In this document: one piece after another, positions 27,407 through 36,338 of the stretch
Position numbering within the stretch: the stretch's first letter is position 1
Layout: the number at the start of each line of letters is the position of its first letter
Assembly (NCBI GenBank): GCA_963743855.1
Contig: CAVURK010000004.1
Location: 119,347-183,346, forward strand
Source: an uncultured Chloroflexia bacterium
GTDB lineage: Bacteria; Chloroflexota; Limnocylindria; Limnocylindrales; CSP1-4
Direction of reading: 5' to 3'
DNA length: 64,000 nt
Position numbers and translations under genes: made by a program
The notes under the pieces: generated by a model
Seen by the model: the letters and a program-made list of their open reading frames with translations, nothing else
Database searches by the model: none
Told to the model about the DNA's origin: nothing

Positions 27407-28075
27407 ATGCAGGAATGGGAACTCATCGTGCGCACGCGGAAACTCATCATCGGCGGGATCGCCACCATCATCGTGCTCGGAGCCATCGGCGCGGCTGCAG
27501 GCGGGTCGGACACCACGGCCTCTACCATCCCGACGACCGACCCGGCGGCATCGACGGCTCCGGCCGCAAGCACCGCCCCGGCTCGATCGACAGCTCCGGC
27601 AGCGAGCACTGCCCCGGTCGCGACCGACGAACCCGTCGCGACCGCGACGGAAGAGGCGGCTGCCGCTGCCGGCAACCTGGTCAAGATCGGCCAGTCGATC
27701 CAGGTCGACGACAAGCTGACCGTCACGGTTCTCGACGCGAAGTACGCGACCAGCAATGGCGCATATCAGAAGCCGGCGAAGGGCTACGTCTACATGGGCC
27801 TGAAGGTCCGCTACGAGGCGTCTGACGAGGCCTTCGTGTCGAGCAGCGACTGGAACGTGCTCGCAGATGGCAAGAAGCAGGGCCAGTGGACGATCCTCAT
27901 CGGCGACAAGTGGGAGCCCAGCCTGCCGTTCGATCAGCTGGCCGCGGGGGCGAGCGTCGAAGGATGGATCACGTTCGAAGTGCCGCAGCCGGCGAAGTAC
28001 GCAGAAGTCCGGTTCGACAACAACATGTTCTCCGACGACGAGCCTCAGCTCATCCTGCAGGTGCCGGCCAAGTGA
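27407..28075 (+). CDS. Membrane-anchored DUF4352-type protein
   Basis: ATG 27407. TM anchor LIIGGIATIIVLGAIGAAAG, an Ala/Ser/Thr/Pro linker built from an 18-bp tandem repeat, then a DUF4352-like beta-sandwich (LTVTVLDAKYAT...GYVYMGLKVRYEASDEAFVSSSDWNVLADG...VEGWITFEVP). Confidence 0.7.
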   Translation: MQEWELIVRTRKLIIGGIATIIVLGAIGAAAGGSDTTASTIPTTDPAASTAPAASTAPARSTAPAASTAPVATDEPVATATEEAAAAAGNLVKIGQSIQVDDKLTVTVLDAKYATSNGAYQKPAKGYVYMGLKVRYEASDEAFVSSSDWNVLADGKKQGQWTILIGDKWEPSLPFDQLAAGASVEGWITFEVPQPAKYAEVRFDNNMFSDDEPQLILQVPAK

Positions 28076-28121
28076 CCTGTCGCCAATCGGCAGCCGTCGC
28101 CTGACGAGCTCCCGTTCGTCG

Positions 28122-28152
28122 AAGCCCCCGGATCCTTCCGGGGGCTTTCGAT
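28122..28152 (+). terminator. Rho-independent terminator after the DUF4352 gene
   Basis: AAGCCCCCGGA-TCCT-TCCGGGGGCTT followed by TCGATT, 47 nt after the stop codon. Confidence 0.6.
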
Positions 28153-28366
28153 TACCCGGTGAAGCTGGGTCCTCAGTCCCTGGGTGCCGGGCCGATGCTG
28201 CCGCTGAAGATGCCGGTTCCACTCGATGCGCCAAGTCGGCAACCAAAGGCTGGCGGTTCTGCATGGTTCAAGCGTGGGAACTGCATTCGACATCGCGCAG
28301 GCTGTGGTGACCGGGGGTCGTCATCGTCGGCGCCGGTCATAGCACCGAAAAGGAGCGAACGACACC

Positions 28367-28600
28367 ATGAGTGAACCGTTCACGTTCGAGCGGCTCACGC
28401 CACGCCAGCGCGACGTGATCATCCGCAAGGCCGAAGGCAAGACCTACGGCCAGGTCGCCTACGAGCTGGGCGTCACCGAGCAGACCGTCAAGAACCATCT
28501 GGGCCTCGCCTACTCGAGGCTCGGGGCCGAGCACCTGATCGAGGCTCTGCGCATCCTCGGCTGGCTTCGCCTGCCGGGCGAATCCCAGCCAGCTGGCTGA
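28367..28600 (+). CDS. Small stand-alone LuxR/GerE-type HTH protein
   Basis: 77-aa ORF preceded by AAAGGAG. LTPRQRDVIIRKAEGKTYGQVAYELGVTEQTVKNHLGLAYSRLG is a canonical GerE-type HTH. Confidence 0.75.
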   Translation: MSEPFTFERLTPRQRDVIIRKAEGKTYGQVAYELGVTEQTVKNHLGLAYSRLGAEHLIEALRILGWLRLPGESQPAG

Positions 28601-28639
28601 AACCCGGCCCAACCGACCGCGACCACCGGCCGGCAGCCG

Positions 28640-30451
28640 CTACGCCTCCGCGATCACCCCGATCGACACGCGGAACCCGGCACGGCGCTGGAGCGGCGGC
28701 ATCAGCGTCCCCTGGCCGATGGGCGTGTCGCCCGGGAAGGCGCGGACCCACTCTTCGTTGAACATGTCGAACTCGCTCGGTTCGCGCAGAGCCCAGTTGG
28801 CCCAAACGACCTTGTCGAGCGAGCTGCCGGACGCCTCGAGCCGTGCCTTCAGGTTCTTCAGGCACTGGCGGGTCTGGTCCTTGATCGTCCCGCCGATCAC
28901 CCGGCCGTTTTCGAGGTCGATCGGGCCGATCGAGGAGACGTAGATCATCCCTCCGGCGCTGACCGCCCGACCCTGGCCGAGCGTCGATCGGACCACCTCG
29001 GTGCCGACCCCCTTCTCGCCATCGACGAAGCGGCCCTTTCCGCGGTGCATCGAGCCCGGCTTGACCTTGTCGATCGAAGGGATGCCGAATTCGCCCGGCG
29101 GCAGGTCGACCCCGCTCGCCTTGAAGACCCCCATGAACGTCGGTCGGATCCCGGTCGGCTTGAGCTCGCCCTCGATCTTGCCGTCCTCGCCGATGCCGGT
29201 CTGCTCGTAGGCGAAGATGTCCTGGGTGAGGATCTCGTCGTCCTCGATCCCATAGACCTCGGTGATGTTGATGATCTTGCGCGAGCCGTCCTTGAGCCGG
29301 GCGGTGTGGACGATGAGGTCGACCGCGGAGGCGATCTGCTCGCGGATGGCCCGCAGCGGCAGCTCGTAGCCGGTCATCAGGACCATCGTCTCGAGCCGTC
29401 GGAGCATGTCCGGCGGGGTGTTGGCGTGACCGGTCGACAGCGACCCGTCGTGGCCGGTCGTCATCGCCTGGAGCATGTCGAGCGCCTCGCCCGAGCGACA
29501 CTCGCCGACGATGATCCGGTCCGGGCGCATGTGCATCGCGTTGCGGAGCAGGTCGCGGATCGTGATCTCGCCCTTGCCCTCGAGGTTCGGTGGCCGCGCC
29601 TCGAGCGTCAGGACGTGGGACTGGCGGAGCTGGAGCTCGGCGGCGTCCTCGATGGTGACGATCCGTTCGTCGTCGGGGATGAACGACGACAGGACGTTGA
29701 GCGTCGTCGTCTTGCCGGAGCCCGTCCCGCCCGAGACGAAGACGTTGAGTCGCGCCTCGATGCAGGCCCGCAGGAAATCGAACATCTCGGGAGTCGCGGT
29801 CCCGAACCGGATGAGGTCGTCGACGGTGATCGGCTTGGCCGGGAACTTCCGGACCGTGATGACCGGTCCGATGAGCGACAGCGGCTCGATGATGGCGTTG
29901 ACGCGCGATCCGTCGGGGAGTCGGGCATCGACCCGCGGGCTCGACTGGTCGATCCGCCGACCGAGCGGCGTGATGATCCGGTCGATGATCCGCAGGACGT
30001 GCTCATCGTTCAGGAAGACGGTGTCGACCCGCAGGATCTTGCCGCCCCGCTCGATGTAGAGGTGGTTCGGCCCGTTGACCATGATCTCGGTGACGGACTC
30101 GTCGGCCAGCAGCGGCTCGAGCGGCCCGAGGCCGCCGACCTCTCCGATCAGCTCCTCGACCAGCCGGGCGCGCTCGTCGCGGGTGACCGCGAACCCGTGG
30201 GCGTTGATGACCCGATCAACGATGCCCTCGACCCTGGCTCGCAGCTGGGCCGGATCGGTGACATCCAGGAGCGTGCTGAATGCCGCAGTGACCTCTTCCT
30301 GGAGGCGGAGCCGGATCTGACGCAGCAGCTCGTCGCGGGCCGCGACGCGCGCCGGTGTCGGCGGGGGCGGCGGCGCGGGCGGTTCGACCGGAACCGCGTT
30401 CGGGCCGGTCGTGGGCTGTTGTGCCCGCTCGACCCGCTGCAGCAGCGACAT
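28640..30451 (-). CDS. CpaF/TadA-family secretion ATPase fused in frame to a C-terminal RidA/YjgF-like domain
   Basis: Single 603-codon ORF. The T2SSE ATPase core has Walker A SGGTGSGKTTTLN, IVTIEDAAELQL, IIVGECRSGEALDMLQAMTTGHDGSLSTGHAN and the usual CpaF C-terminal motif KPTGIRPTFMGVFKASGVDLPPGEF. A ~30-aa linker follows, then GGMIYVSSIGPIDLENGRVIGGTIKDQTRQCLKNLKARLEASGSSLDKVVWANW...FRVSIGVIAEA, which resembles the RidA/endoribonuclease L-PSP fold. Confidence 0.85.
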   Translation of the reverse strand: MSLLQRVERAQQPTTGPNAVPVEPPAPPPPPTPARVAARDELLRQIRLRLQEEVTAAFSTLLDVTDPAQLRARVEGIVDRVINAHGFAVTRDERARLVEELIGEVGGLGPLEPLLADESVTEIMVNGPNHLYIERGGKILRVDTVFLNDEHVLRIIDRIITPLGRRIDQSSPRVDARLPDGSRVNAIIEPLSLIGPVITVRKFPAKPITVDDLIRFGTATPEMFDFLRACIEARLNVFVSGGTGSGKTTTLNVLSSFIPDDERIVTIEDAAELQLRQSHVLTLEARPPNLEGKGEITIRDLLRNAMHMRPDRIIVGECRSGEALDMLQAMTTGHDGSLSTGHANTPPDMLRRLETMVLMTGYELPLRAIREQIASAVDLIVHTARLKDGSRKIINITEVYGIEDDEILTQDIFAYEQTGIGEDGKIEGELKPTGIRPTFMGVFKASGVDLPPGEFGIPSIDKVKPGSMHRGKGRFVDGEKGVGTEVVRSTLGQGRAVSAGGMIYVSSIGPIDLENGRVIGGTIKDQTRQCLKNLKARLEASGSSLDKVVWANWALREPSEFDMFNEEWVRAFPGDTPIGQGTLMPPLQRRAGFRVSIGVIAEA

Positions 30452-30594
30452 GACGAATGCCTCCCCTCGGGCACGTGTGACGTGACCATGATCCCGGGTG
30501 TGCGGGCCATCGCCCGATGGCGGCGGCTCGCGTGTGGTGATGAGTCCGTGGCGAGGATACCCCCGCCGCGCCAGTCCGGCCCTCTCCAGGACCT

Positions 30595-30690
30595 GATTCG
30601 TTGCGTCGAGTCAACCGATCACGCACCTCGCCGGGCCGGCCGGCCCGTTCCGCGGACCGATTCGGTGCGTCGAAGCAACCGATCGCGCGC
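30595..30690. repeat. Imperfect 32-bp direct repeat (two copies, 64 bp start-to-start) in the cpaF upstream region
   Basis: GATTCGTTGCGTCGAGTCAACCGATCACGCAC (30595-30626) versus GATTCGGTGCGTCGAAGCAACCGATCGCGCGC (30659-30690). About 27 of 32 positions are identical by eye. Confidence 0.6.
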
Positions 30691-30719
30691 CGATCCGCGC
30701 GACGCCCCACGACCGTCGG

Positions 30720-31625
30720 TCAGGGCCAGCCGATCGTCGCTGTCAGGTCGGTCGTCCCGAAGCCGTCCTCGACGTTCTGGAGGACGAGGCGCCAATCCCC
30801 GGGAACCACCGGGAGCGTCTGGTCGGTGTTCGTGGACGGCCCCTGGTTCGGCATCGAGACGTCGCCCGTTCCGGACGTCTCGTCGAACAGGTCGATCTCG
30901 TAGGTGAACGGGTGACCGCCCCAGTCGGCGACGAGATGGACCGAGCCCGTGTCACGCGCGGTGAACCGTGCCTGGATCCCGTTGGTCTCGGGGAACGCGG
31001 TCCCATCGAACCGGGCGTGCTCGATCTTGACCGAGGGCGCCAGCGACTGGAAGGTCACGGTCAGGTCGACGACAGGCGCGGCGGCTCCGGCCCCCTGGAG
31101 GGTGACCTGCCAGTTGGCGTGCGCCTGGCTCGTCTTGCCGGTGAAGGTCCCCGACGTGATGTCGTTGCAGCCGATCACCTTCGAGCCGACCTTCAGGCAC
31201 ATATGTGTCTTGCCCGGTGGCGTGTGCGAGGCGAGCTTCGCGCTGACGGTCCCGGCGCCGTCACTGCTGAACGAGATGATCCGCTGCTGGGCGCCCGGCG
31301 TGCCGGTCGGATCGAGCTTGAGGCTCAGGAAGGTCAGCGTCGCCAGTGGGGCGGGGAGCGGCGACGCCGACGGGCTCGCGCCCGCCGATGCCGCCGGTGT
31401 CGCGGCCTCGCTGCTCGTCGGGGTCGCCGTGGGCGTCAGCGTCCGGCCCGCTGAGGCGGACGGGCCGCCCGAGGCCGAGGCGGCCGCGGCACTGCTTCCC
31501 GACGGGGACGCGCCGGCACGACCCGACCCGCCGCGGCTCAGCACGAGGAACGCCCCGGCGGCAACGACCACGACGAGGAGCGTCGCCATGACGCCGATCA
31601 CGCGGCGGAGCGTCTGGTCGGTCAT
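30720..31625 (-). CDS. N-terminally anchored extracytoplasmic protein, unknown function
   Basis: ATG 31625 (MTDQTLRRVIGVMATLLVVVVAAGAFLVL), a Ser/Ala/Pro-rich linker, then ~230 aa of beta-rich sequence (two sandwich-like halves). The longer ORF to 31826 is implausible. Confidence 0.6.
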   Translation of the reverse strand: MTDQTLRRVIGVMATLLVVVVAAGAFLVLSRGGSGRAGASPSGSSAAAASASGGPSASAGRTLTPTATPTSSEAATPAASAGASPSASPLPAPLATLTFLSLKLDPTGTPGAQQRIISFSSDGAGTVSAKLASHTPPGKTHMCLKVGSKVIGCNDITSGTFTGKTSQAHANWQVTLQGAGAAAPVVDLTVTFQSLAPSVKIEHARFDGTAFPETNGIQARFTARDTGSVHLVADWGGHPFTYEIDLFDETSGTGDVSMPNQGPSTNTDQTLPVVPGDWRLVLQNVEDGFGTTDLTATIGWP

Positions 31626-31820
31626 GGGGCCATCGTAGTCGACGGGCTGTCGCCGGCGCCGCGTCACGCCGGCCGGGGTCGGCCCGTCACAGGACACAGA
31701 CGCCGGGCGATCATGGCAGGCTGATCGATCGCCCGGCGTCTCCATGCCCGGCGCGGCCGAGAGTAGACTCGGGTCCGACACCCGAGCCGCCACCGAACGA
31801 CAGAGGAGTCGACAGCCCGC

Positions 31821-33202
31821 GTGCAAGCCACACGGATCCGGCCTGACACCAGGCCGACCGACCTCCGCCGCCTCGCCGCGGCAGGACTGTCGGCGGTGAT
31901 CCCGGGGCTCGGCCAGCTGTACAACCGCCGACGCCGTCTCGCGGCGCTCTTCCTGATCCCCTCACTGATCCTGCTCGGGATCGCCCTCCTGCTCGTCCAG
32001 ACCCAGTCCCCGGCCCGGCTGGCGGCGTGGGTCGTCTCGCCACAGGTCCTCGGCACGCTCCTGGCGCTCAACGCCGTGCTTCTCGCCTGGCGCCTGGTGG
32101 CGGTCTTCCAGGCGTTCCTCGACACCGGACGGACGGGTCCGACCGGCAGGCTCGGGATCGCGGGCATCGTGATCATCGCGATCGTCGTGGTCGTGCCGCA
32201 TCTCGCGGTCTACCGCTACGGGTCGATCCTCGGCGACACCTTCGACCAGATCTTCACCGGTGACGTCCTGGGCGCAGCCGACAGGCGTGGCGCCGCCGCC
32301 CGCCCGGCCCTGCACGACGGCCAGCGGATCAACGTCCTGCTGGTCGGCGTCGACCAGCGCGGCAAGCGCACCGCCAACCTGACCGACACGATGATGGTCG
32401 CTTCGCTCGACCCGGTCGGCCATACCGTCTCGCTGCGTCTCGGTCCCGCGTGACCTGATCGACACGCCTCTCGGCGATGGCAACACCTTCGGTCCCAAGC
32501 TCAACTCGCTGATGTCCTACGCGGACGCTCGACCGCAGGACTTCCCGAAGGGCGGGATGCGAACCCTCGAGGACGCGATCGGCGCGCTGCTCGGCATCCC
32601 GATCCACTACTACGCACGGATCGACTTCCGCGGCTTCATCAAGATGGTCGACGCCGTCGGCGGGGTCGACATCGACGTCCCCCACGGTTTCTCCGACCCG
32701 GGCTATGACGGCTATCACGTCGGCGAGAAGGGCTACTCGATCACCGCCGGCCCGCATCACTTCGATGGTGCGGATGCGCTTGCCTACGCGCGGTCGCGCA
32801 AGGGGCTCGGCGAGAGCGACTTCACCCGCCAGGCGCGCCAGCAGCAGATCCTGGTCGCGTTGCGCGACCGGGCGACGCGGGGCGGAAGCCTGCTCTTCCA
32901 GCTCCCCGATCTGCTCTCCGCTGTCGGCCAGACGATCCGCACGGATCTGCCGGCCGATCGCCTCCCTGAGCTGGCCGCGATCATGCAGGACGTCGGCCAC
33001 AAGGACCTGACGAGCGTCGTCATCCGGGCGCCGCTGGTCAAGTCGAAGGCGACGCGCTACGGCGACTCGCAGGAGCCCGATCTCGCGGCGATCGCGGCGG
33101 TCGCGGCCGGACTCTTCTCGCAACCGGGTACCGACCCCGTGCCGTGGCCGAGCCCGAAGCCGACCAAGGCCCCCAAGGGAAAGCCTCGCCGTCACCAGCG
33201 TC

Positions 33203-33205
<3 letters not shown>
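31821..33205 (+). pseudogene. LytR-CpsA-Psr (LCP) family cell-wall glycopolymer ligase; frameshift near 32434, 3' end uncertain
   Basis: N-terminal TM region (ORF 31821..32453) ends ...INVLLVGVDQRGKRTANLTDTMMVASLDPVGHTVSL. The next frame continues VSVPRDLIDTPLGDGNTFGPKLNSLMSY...IHYYARIDFRGFIKMVDAVGGVDIDVP...ALAYARSRKGLGESDFTRQARQQQIL, the LCP core. The ORF 32512..33402 tail overlaps the convergent LOG gene, so the real stop is probably near 33205. Confidence 0.75.
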
Positions 33206-33775
<570 letters not shown>

Positions 33776-33781
33776 GCACCG

Positions 33782-34416
33782 TCAGAACCCGAGGGCCGCC
33801 AGGCGCGGCGTCATCCGGCGGGCGGCGCGGGCACGGTGCGAGATGGCGTTCTTCTCGGCCGGGGTCCACAGGCCGAGCGTCCGGCCGCCCGGGCGGCTCC
33901 GAGGCCGGCTCGAAGATCGGGTCGTAGCCGAACCCGCCGCTCCCGCGCGGCTCCGTGGCGATCCGGCCGCGGCAGGTTCCGCGTGCGGTCACCAGCCGGA
34001 CGCCGCCGCGCGGGCCCGCGGTCTCGGGGAGTGCCAGGGCGAGCACGCAGACGTAGCGCGCGCCGCGGTCCTCGGCAGGCAGCCCGCGCAGCGCGTCGAG
34101 CAGCTTGGCGTTGTTCTCGGCGTCGGTGGCGTCCTCGCCGGCGTAGCGCCGCGTCCGGACGCCTGGCGCGCCGCCCAGGGCGTCGACCTCGATCCCCGAA
34201 TCGTCGGCGAGCGTCGGCAGGCCCGTCGACCCGGACCCCGAAGCGGGCCTTGATCGCGGCGTTCGTCTCGAACGTGGCCCCGTCCTCGACCGGATCGCCC
34301 TCGATGCCGAGGTCGTCGAGCGAGACGAGGCTCGTGTGGTCGAGATCGAGCAGCTCGCGCAGCTCGCGCAGCTTGTGGACCGAGCGGGTGGCGACGACGA
34401 GGCGGCGGTCGGTCAC
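33782..34416 (-). pseudogene. rdgB: dITP/XTP pyrophosphatase RdgB/HAM1; multiple frame breaks
   Basis: GTG 34416: [58 protein letters not shown] later piece lies in another frame ([46 protein letters not shown]). The tail ...[27 protein letters not shown] is in a third frame. Confidence 0.75.
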
Positions 34417-35149
34417 CGCTTGACGGTGGCGAGGACGGCGGCCTGGGCCTCGAACAGGCTGGCCAGGCCGCTGTCGGCCAGGTCGAGCAGGCCGTTCGCC
34501 GCGCCCGGTCGAACGGCTTGCCCTCGGCCGTCCCCTGCAGCTCGACGTACGCGCCGCCGTCGGTGCCGACCACGTTGAAGTCGACCTCGGCGCGCGAATC
34601 CTCGGAGTAGTCGAGGTCGAGATACGGCAGCCCGTCGACGATGCCGACCGAGACCGCCGCGACCTTGGCGACCAGGTGCCGCTCCATGCCGTACGTGATC
34701 AGCGCCGCGGCGAGCGCCACGTAGCCACCGGTGATCGACGCCGTCCGCGTCCCGCCGTCGGCCTGGAGGACGTCGCAGTCGACCGTGATCGTCCGCTCGC
34801 CGAGCCGCGACAGGTCGACCACGCCACGCAGCGAGCGCCCGATGAGCCGCTGGATCTCGTGGGTCCGGCCGCCGATCTTGCCGCGGACGGACTCGCGGTC
34901 GGTCCGCTCGGCGGTCGCCCGCGGGAGCATCGAGTACTCGGCGGTGACCCAGCCCGTGCCCTTGCCGCGGAGGTGCGGCGGGACGCGGTCGGCGATCGTC
35001 GCCGCGCACAGGACCTCGGTGTCGCCGACGCGGACCCGGCACGAGCCCTCGGCCCACTTCTGGACGCCGAGGGCGAAGCTGATCGGGCGCAGGTCGCTCG
35101 GTCCGCGCCCGTCGGCCCGGACGGTGGCTGGCCGGTTGCCGATGGTCAT
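34413..35149 (-). pseudogene. rph: Ribonuclease PH; one frameshift near 34496-34505
   Basis: [42 protein letters not shown]...[21 protein letters not shown]...[16 protein letters not shown]...[23 protein letters not shown]. The C-terminus [27 protein letters not shown] is in the adjacent frame. Its stop overlaps the rdgB GTG (GTGA). Confidence 0.85.
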
Positions 35150-36325
35150 CCGTTCCTCTCCTCAGCCTTGGCAGCATCCCACAGCGCGTCGAGCGCGGCG
35201 AAGTCGAGGTCGCGCAGGGCGACCCCCTGGGCGGCAGCGCCCCGCTCCACGCTCGCGAACCGGCGCTGGAACTTGTCGTTGGCGGCGCGGACGGCGGCCT
35301 CGGCCTCGATCCCGCGCCGGCGCGCGACGTTGACCAGCACGAACAGCAGGTCGCCGAACTCCTCGGCGCGCTCGGCGTCGTTGGCGGCCTCGCGCAGCTC
35401 GTCGGGCTCCTCGGCGACCTTGTCGAGCACGCCGTCGATCGACGGCCAGTCGTAGCCGAGGTTGGCGGCCCGCTCCTGCATCTCCTGGCTGGCGGCCAGC
35501 GCGGGCATCGACGGGCTGATCCCGTCGAGCGCGCTCTTGACCGGGCGAGCCGCGACCGTGGCGCCGTCGTCGCCGGCCTCGGTCGCTTGCCCGGCCGCGG
35601 ATGCCCGCTCGTCGGCCTTGATCCGCTCCCACTGGCGGTTGACGTCGGAGGCCGTCCTCGCGACGGCGTCGCCGAAGACGTGCGGATGGCGCCGGACGAT
35701 CTTCGAGGCGATCGCCGCCTGGACGTCGGCGAGGTCGAAGACGCCGGCCTCGGCGGCGAGCTGGGCGTGCAGGACGACCTGCAGCAAGAGGTCGCCGAGC
35801 TCCTCGGCGAGCTCCGGCGTGGCCCCGGCCTCGAGCGCGTCGTAGACCTCGTAGGCCTCCTCGAGCAGGTGCTTGCGGAGCGACGCGTGGGTCTGCTCGC
35901 GGTCCCACGGGCAGCCGTCGGGCGGGCGCAGCCGGTCGGCGATCCAGGGCATCGCCCAGGGACCCGCGACGGCCAGCTCCGGCGCGACCGGCCCGAGGTA
36001 GAGCGGGCCGTCGAACGCGGCCGGTCGAGCGTCGCGACGGTCAGGCCGTCAGCCGCCCCGAACCGTCCGACCGGGTGCTCGGCCGGGTAGAGCCGCCGAA
36101 GCACGGACAGCGGATCGCGCCCGACCGGCCCGGCCCGACCGGGCAACGGCGCCCGCCCCGTCCCTCGCCGGCCTCGGCACGGAGCGTGGCGAGCGGGACG
36201 ACGATCAGCGGGCGCGACGGCTCGATCGGTGTGCCGACGAGCGTCTCGCCGGCCACGACCTGGAGGCCGTTCGCCGGATCGAGTCCCCAGCGAAGCCGCG
36301 CCTCGGCGACGAGCGCGTCGAGCAC
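35146..36325 (-). pseudogene. mazG: MazG-family nucleoside triphosphate pyrophosphohydrolase with N-terminal extension; at least two frame breaks in the N-terminal part
   Basis: Tandem MazG domains are intact in ORF 35146..35952 (CPWDREQTHASLRKHLLEEAYEVYDA...ELGDLLLQVVLHAQ; ...EEFGDLLFVLVNVARRRGI). Upstream pieces (MLDALVAEARLRWGLDPANGLQVVAGETLVGT...; GRDPLSVLRRLYPAEHPVGRFGAADGLTVATLD; AAFDGPLYLGPVAPELAVAGPWA) lie in three frames. Its stop overlaps the rph ATG (ATGA). Confidence 0.8.
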
Positions 36326-36338
36326 TCGCCCCTCCCGC

